Source: Eledone cirrhosa
Lineage: Eukaryota
Reading direction: 5' to 3'
NCBI GenBank assembly: GCA_964016885.1
Contig: OZ024755.1
Span: 14,260,001-14,324,000, forward strand
DNA: 64,000 nt
Of this stretch, positions 57,347 to 64,000 are shown piece by piece; position 1 is the first letter of the stretch; every line of letters begins with the position of its first letter. The translations under genes and the position numbers were made by a program. The notes under the pieces are model-generated. The model made no database searches. It was not told the origin of the DNA and saw nothing but the letters and a program-made list of their open reading frames with translations.

Positions 57347-57570
57347 TCTTTCTATTTCATCACTATAATCATCATTAGCTTCATAATCGTTAGCATCGTG
57401 GTGATGATGATCCTGATTAACATGATGATCCTGATCATCATCATCTTGATCGTGATGATTATGATCCTGATCATCATCATCATCATCATGAACGTGATCG
57501 TGATCATCATCACCACCACCACCGCCGCCACAACTATCATTAGCACATCCTTCACCATCAACATCACCAT
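57259..57570. repeat. (GT)n(AT)n followed by (ATC)n-rich tract
   Basis: Directly visible. Confidence 0.95.
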
Positions 57571-58050
57571 TATTTTGTTAGGTCTGTCCTCCTTGTAAAC
57601 TTCGCCCGGCCACTACACAGTCCTCTCCACCCACTCCACATCGGTAAGATGATAGTCATCCAATCACAATCTGACGTGACTTCATCTAATGAATTACCTG
57701 CTATCAATGAAGCTGGATAGCGCGCACCCGCACGGCCGCCATTAGACTGGTGTGCACTGTAATGTAGGTGTGTGTGAGTGTGTGTGTGTCTTTATTAATG
57801 AATGTATGCGTGTGCCTGTGAGATTGTGCGTATGAGTATCGTGTGTGTGTGTATGTGTGTGCGTGACTATTTGCTAACTGGTGAATGTGTGTGCCCGTAA
57901 CTGAGATTGTGTGTGTGTGTGCGTATGTATAAATGAATGACTGTTAGACTCGTGTGTAGTGTATATAGGGGCGAAATTGTGTGTTAGTGTGAGACTTTAT
58001 TAATTAATGTATGTGTGTGTCCGTGAGATTGTATGTATGAGTATCGTGCG

Positions 58051-58268
58051 TGTGTCTATTAGTGAATGTATGACTGCCAGTGTGTGTGTACGTGTATGCA
58101 TATGACTGTATTAGTCTATTAGTGACTGTATGACTGTCAGTGTGTGTGTACGTGTATGCATATGACTGTATTAGTCTATTAGCGAATGTATGACTGCCAG
58201 TGTGTGTGTACGTGTATGCATATGACTGTATTAGTCTATTAGTGACTGTATGAGTGCCAATGTGTGTG
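58051..58268. repeat. 60-bp tandem repeat, about 3.5 copies
   Basis: Lines 58081, 58141 and 58201 are near identical. Confidence 0.95.
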
Positions 58269-59892
58269 AGTATTGTGTGTACGTGTGTGCGTCTCATAAA
58301 ATCCTGTGTGTACTTGTAGCTTAATTGCTGTAAATTAATGTTTTGTCTCTCGTCTCTTAGTTCACTGGACAGTGTTTTGGCTTGTGTCAGACGCTGTCAC
58401 CTGGGGTGGACCAGCAGACTGTTGCTATGGGTCGAAACTGCCAAAGTCCATCTTAACTGGCGATGACCAAAGTGATTCCAATTTTTGGTAGCTATGGTAA
58501 CAGCTCCAGACATGTTTCGATCCTTTGAGTCCTCCTCATCGAAACATAATTCCATCGAAACTGTTATCTCAAAGGTGTTTGAAATGTCTATTATCACGTA
58601 GTTAATTAATTAATTAATTAATTAGAGTTTGACTATTTGATTAGTGCTGTTTTACGATTTATCTTTCTGAGAATTAATGAATTTTTGAATTGATAACATT
58701 TTTCTTTTACTAACGTCAGTTTTTAGATTGCCTTGAAGGGATTTAGTCTCATATCGATCCCGGTACTTGTTTTCTTATCAAATCTGATACTTACTTTTTA
58801 AAAATCTAGTACCTATTTTATCGAACTGCTTTGTGTCGAGTCGCTACGTTATGGGACATAACCACAGTCAAGTCTGCGCGTATGATGAATTTTTTTTGGG
58901 TATTCTTTACTGAAGCTTAAGATTTATAGAAAAGAGGAACTATATAGTTGATTCGTTGATGAATTTCTTGAAGGTCTACGTAAACGTAAGTGAAATGAAT
59001 GACTTCCAATCATGAAGTAGATTCCTGAGAGTTAAACCGCCTTCCTATGACGTCGGCCACGAAACAGATAAATAATTGGAGAACAGAGAAAAATAATGAC
59101 CAAAGGAGCTGTAATAATACATCTGCTAAAAGTCAAAGATGAAGATACCGGAAAGTAACTCTATAACGAAATAAATGTTTCATTTAAACTTGTATCGTAG
59201 GTAAAGTAATTGATGTTATTGATTTTGGTGGCCATACAAGTACCATACCGTGTCATTTAAATAGATCAAACTAGAAAATGATGTACAGATGATTACGTTG
59301 TGAACTTGTCTATTTTATATATGAAGTAATTTAGATGCAATTCTGTCTCTCGAGGAGACTTTTGTATTGCCGTTCAAGATAGAAGATTGTGCTATAAAAG
59401 AGACCGTTTTTGATAATTGTAAGTGAAGTTTCTTATATAACATGATTTTTTTTCGTCTTCAGACGCACTTCAACTATGATTCTCACAACATAGACGTAGA
59501 CTAAGAAAACTTTAAATTATAAAACGTGATAGTTTAAATAATATAAACATACATAATGTTTTGATTCGCGAGTCGTGTTAATGTTAACTTTGTTGTTGTA
59601 GTTTTGTAGTTATAAAGAAATTCAGTTGTTTTTTTGTGCTATGTTTTGGTATAACCTACACACGCACACGCACACGCACACGCACACTATGCACAGGGTT
59701 GATAGATCAATTTCGTTAAACGTAGCCCAAAATGTTAATGAAGCAATGAATTGAGTTAGAAAGTAGTGCAAAAATGAATATTTTTTTTCGTAAATTATAT
59801 ATACATATATATAAAGTGTCTGTGACAAGGAGGTCGGAAAGACCACAGATCATGGTGAGATGCAGAGTGGGTATATTAATGGAACACTCTCA

Positions 59893-59929
<37 letters not shown>

Positions 59930-60074
59930 GCACACACATACAAAGGTCGGCTGAAAAGTTCATAGTCTGACCAAGATACTTATATAGAATGATCAAATAA
60001 GGTTTGTTTTTCAACGTAGTCCACGAAGAGAAACTATACAGTTAAGAGTTGAAATTAATGCATGCAATCCTTCA

Positions 60075-60102
60075 TGTGTGTGTGTGTATGAGTGTGTGTG
60101 TG

Positions 60103-60135
<33 letters not shown>

Positions 60136-60360
60136 ATATATATGTGTGTGTGTGTGTGTGTGTATATATATGTGTGTGTGTGTGTGTGTATATATGTGTG
60201 TGTGTGTGTATATATGTGTGTGTGTGTATATATATATGTGTGTGTGTGTTTGTGTGTGTATACGTATGTGTGTGTATATAAGTGTATATGTGTGTGTGTG
60301 TATATATGTATGCGTGTGTGTATATGTATATATATATGTGTGCGCATGTACATGTGTGTG
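60075..60360. repeat. (GT)n/(AT)n compound microsatellite
   Basis: Directly visible. Confidence 0.97.
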
Positions 60361-61793
60361 TTCGTTCGTGTCTACGCCTGTTTGTATATATCCTGTAACT
60401 AAGTGGTTTAACAAAAAAAAAAAATAGTAATTAAAAGAAAATGGGATCTATAAAATAAATACCAGACTTGATAAAGAACTCAGTAAAGAGGACTATATGA
60501 CCAAATAATTCTAGATGGTGCCCCAGCATGGGCCCAGACTAATGACTGAGACCAGTAAAAGAATAAAGGAATAGTATCTATAATTTATTTGAAAATATTT
60601 TGGTTACCATATTCCTTATCGATTTCTTTATATCGTTTTGTCAGTGGGGAAAGAGTGGCAAAAATATTCAATATGTAGATTTCCTACCGAGACCAGCAGT
60701 TTTCATATTCCATTTCTGTATAAAAACAGACACATATAATATATTCTCCTTTTTTTCTTCTTCATACAGAAAAGAAAAATCAAAACAAAACACAAAAAAA
60801 CAACAGAAAAACAAAACAAAACAAAAATAAATAACAACACCACCAACAAAAAAGGAAGCGAGAGTAACGGAATATACTTTGTCCATTTTGAATTGACGTA
60901 AAAAAATGTGATAGGAAAATATATTATTCAACTTATCTATTCAGACAAAATGATATGAGATGTGACAAATCACTTTTTAAATATTTGCTTAAATATGATT
61001 TTAACCGGTTTATGTATCCAAACATTTGAAATCAATAAACAGACGTCCACTTCTCGTTCACTATCTCTCAATGCAAATAGTATGCACACACACACATATA
61101 TATATATATACACACACGCATACTCAGACATGCATGTATACGTACAAACGCACGGACAGGCACACACCAACAGATACACACTTATCCACTGGTACATGCA
61201 CACTCAAATACATTGTGTATTTGGTTTCAAATCATGACTTTGTTGTTAAGAAGTTCACTATTCAATCATGAATGGTCTGCGTTCGATCTATATCGTTGCA
61301 TTTTGGAGAAAGTTTGTATCTTTGCCATAGTTTCGGGTCGACAGAAGCCGAGTGAGTGAAATTGGGTGAAAACCCCCCCCCCAAAAAACGGTGTGGAAAC
61401 CAGCCTTGTCACATATTGTGTCTCACTGATTCTACCTGGCAATTAATTTTAAGTGTACACGTAACTGTAGAATATGTAACCATTTACATGTTAATTCAGG
61501 AGTTGCACGTTCGGTTGATCGAACAACTGAATGTTCACTGTCGAAACTGACGGAGGATCCATCATACTACCATACTACAGAATATATCTATAGAACATTT
61601 TACCAAATACTTTGTATATAGACAATTTACAAATTACTGATGTGTTAAGTGTATTGTTTCAGTGCTAGAGAATATTTTTATACACTTTAGCAAACATTGT
61701 AGGTATAGACACTTATAAACATCTTGTATTTACATACGTCTTTGTGGACAGAAAACCATGGATGAGCCGGATTAGTTTCATTCATATATTAAT

Positions 61794-61906
61794 ATATGAA
61801 AGATTCGCGACCCCAATGACTGAGATCCTGCAGTTAAAACTGCTAGATCCGAACTAGCTGTTGAAATGGCAGGAGCTCAGCCGCTGGGGTCGCGAATCCT
61901 TCATAT
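61794..61906. repeat. Imperfect hairpin / MITE-like inverted repeat
   Basis: atatgaaagattcgcgacccca pairs with tggggtcgcgaatccttcatat, and pairing continues to the centre. Confidence 0.85.
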
Positions 61907-62177
61907 TACCCACTCTATTACCCCATGTATAGAGTACTCTGGTGAGTAATGGTTTAACTGATTTTTATTGCATCCATTCTGATATATACACACACACACC
62001 CATATATATATACATATATATATATAGTTAGGAAAGTACATAATTGCATATTGTAATCCAGTTCGTGATTAAGTTTCTTGGTTAAGTTTCTTGGACGGTT
62101 TCCAACGTACGGTTAGGGGTAACTCCACAAATTTGCAAGAATCTGGTTAGTAAATCCCGTTCAATCTTGGAGTATAA

Positions 62178-62567
62178 ACAATAAAAGAGAAAACACAGGT
62201 AAGCATTAAAAAAAGGATTTTATCCAGGTATTTACGACCGTTTCATTTGTAAACGCAACCTTATATCGCTATACTGCAAATAGCAGCCAATCGATAATAA
62301 CTAGTATTCACCTCCAAATTTTCAAAATAACGAATAAGTTACTTGTAAAAGGTTCTTAATATATAAAAAAACATTTAAAAAAAATATATTAAGAACCTTT
62401 TACAAGTAACTTATTCATTATTTTGAAAATTTGGAGGTGAATAACACTTGTTATCGATTGGCTGCTATTTGCAGTATAGCGATATAATGTTGCGCTTACC
62501 AATGAAACGGTCGTAAATACCTGGATAAAATCCTCTTTTTAATGCTTACCTGTGTTTTCTCTTTTAT

Positions 62568-62570
<3 letters not shown>
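62178..62570. repeat. 393-bp near-perfect palindrome (fold-back element)
   Basis: Arms of about 185 bp with scattered mismatches around an A-rich spacer near 62365-62385. Confidence 0.97.
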
Positions 62571-62599
<29 letters not shown>

Positions 62600-63899
62600 C
62601 ATACACACACACAAACATGGTTTTGTAAACATTTGGAGAAGGAAACCGAACATTACTTAATCCGTCCACATAACATCGGGTGATGTATTAGTATTGATAT
62701 GTATAAATAAATATATAAATGAATATATGACAAATCAGCGCATGTTGCAAGGAATGTCCAACGTCTATTATACGTTTATTATATTTTTTTTGACAATGTG
62801 CATCTGGTTAAAATTATCTGCAAGATGCAAGCAAAAATGCAATTATTTTTCTATTTGTCATCGGTAGAAGTCGATAAGATATTACGCTCCAATGTTTCTG
62901 TAATGTTTCAGCGCAAACATTGACTGCAAATTTTTGAATTTACTTTTTAATTCATCTTTATTTTCTGTCGTGAAAATAGGCTACCACGATCTTTCTCGTC
63001 CACACACACACCCACACCCTCCACACCTACACACACACACACACATGCCTATGCACAGAATCACCTATACATGCCTACGCACACACTTACACATGTCCCC
63101 CCACACACATGCATCCACACACTCCCACGACTCCCAAACATACTCTCTCAATGCATACGAATATATAGCAACCACACACAAACACACACTTTATACAAAA
63201 ACATACATAAAACGCGCCCGCACACACTCATAATAGATTGGTCTTTCGTCGGTTTCGACGATAAGTGTTTCAGTTGTTCAGCTACCGAAACTTCCTGTTT
63301 GTGAAATAAACGTACATGTGCACTTTAACGTAATTCCCAGGAATATTGAACGTGATATAACGTGGGAAAACCTGGCACTTTGAATTGGGTCACTTCTAGT
63401 TTATAGTAAAGGGTACTTCTTGTACGAGATACCACGCAATAGGGTCAAACCCGGGACCTCATGATTGCAGAGCAAACTTCTTGAACACACACTCACTCAC
63501 TCACTCACCCACTCAGTCAATCTGTCTGTCTCTCTCTATTTCTCCCTGTCTCTCTCTTTCTCTCTCTGTTTTTGTCTCTTTCTGTCTATCTCTTTTTGTC
63601 TCTTTCTGTCTCTGCCTCGCTCTGCCTTTTTATGTCTCTTTTTCACTCTCTCTCTGCCTGTCTCTCTTTATCTCTGTCTCTCTCAGCCTCTCTCTGATAC
63701 CTGAATATTTGATTTAAACTGGTTTTGATTTCTTACATAAGCACGAGTCTTTGAAATACAAAAGCGGGATGTATGCTTTCCACAGAAATGTCCCTGAGAA
63801 TGACTGATTCAACTAAGAATTCAACCCTGGTTATGGGGATAAGATTCAACCAGTATTTGAAACGGGAGCATGGGGACCTGACTAGATGAAGCATTTATG

Positions 63900-63976
63900 T
63901 TACTGATTAGACAGTGCTAGTCTTAATACTAACCATTTAATGGTTAGTATTAAGACTAGCACTGTCTAATCAGTAA
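63900..63976. repeat. Perfect 77-bp palindrome (38-bp arms, 1-nt centre)
   Basis: ttactgattagacagtgctagtcttaatactaaccatt-t-aatggttagtattaagactagcactgtctaatcagtaa. Confidence 0.98.
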
Positions 63977-64000
63977 TAACAATTTTTGGGGAGGGGAAAG

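Overview
AT-rich, repeat-dense eukaryotic DNA. The SINE/LINE repertoire and giant (TA)n arrays point to a coleoid cephalopod, probably an octopus (inference, not a database result). Two intron-containing genes sit head-to-head, both reconstructed by hand from GT-AG sites and frame continuity. (1) A minus-strand 4-coding-exon gene (10049 to 3523, 242 aa) encoding signal peptide + atypical C-type lectin-like domain + PAN/apple-like domain; the ORF track shows it only in fragments. (2) A plus-strand 9-exon OXA1L (11613 to 21473, about 423 aa), the mitochondrial Oxa1/YidC insertase. The rest is mostly transposon-derived: RTE, CR1-group, L2-like, Tx1-like and CRE-like LINE pieces, an internally deleted hAT (Charlie/SPIN-like) element with intact TIRs and 8-bp TSD, non-autonomous Helitrons and a Helitron helicase relic, mariner-type MITEs and tRNA-derived SINEs. 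An 11.5-kb (TA)n-variant block (35.1-46.6 kb) carries LINE insertions, and fold-back palindromes are frequent. No host gene was recognised after 21.5 kb. I found no convincing novel multi-gene system; the best leads are the CTLD-PAN gene, the LINE/SINE shared tails, the palindromes and the structured TA array.
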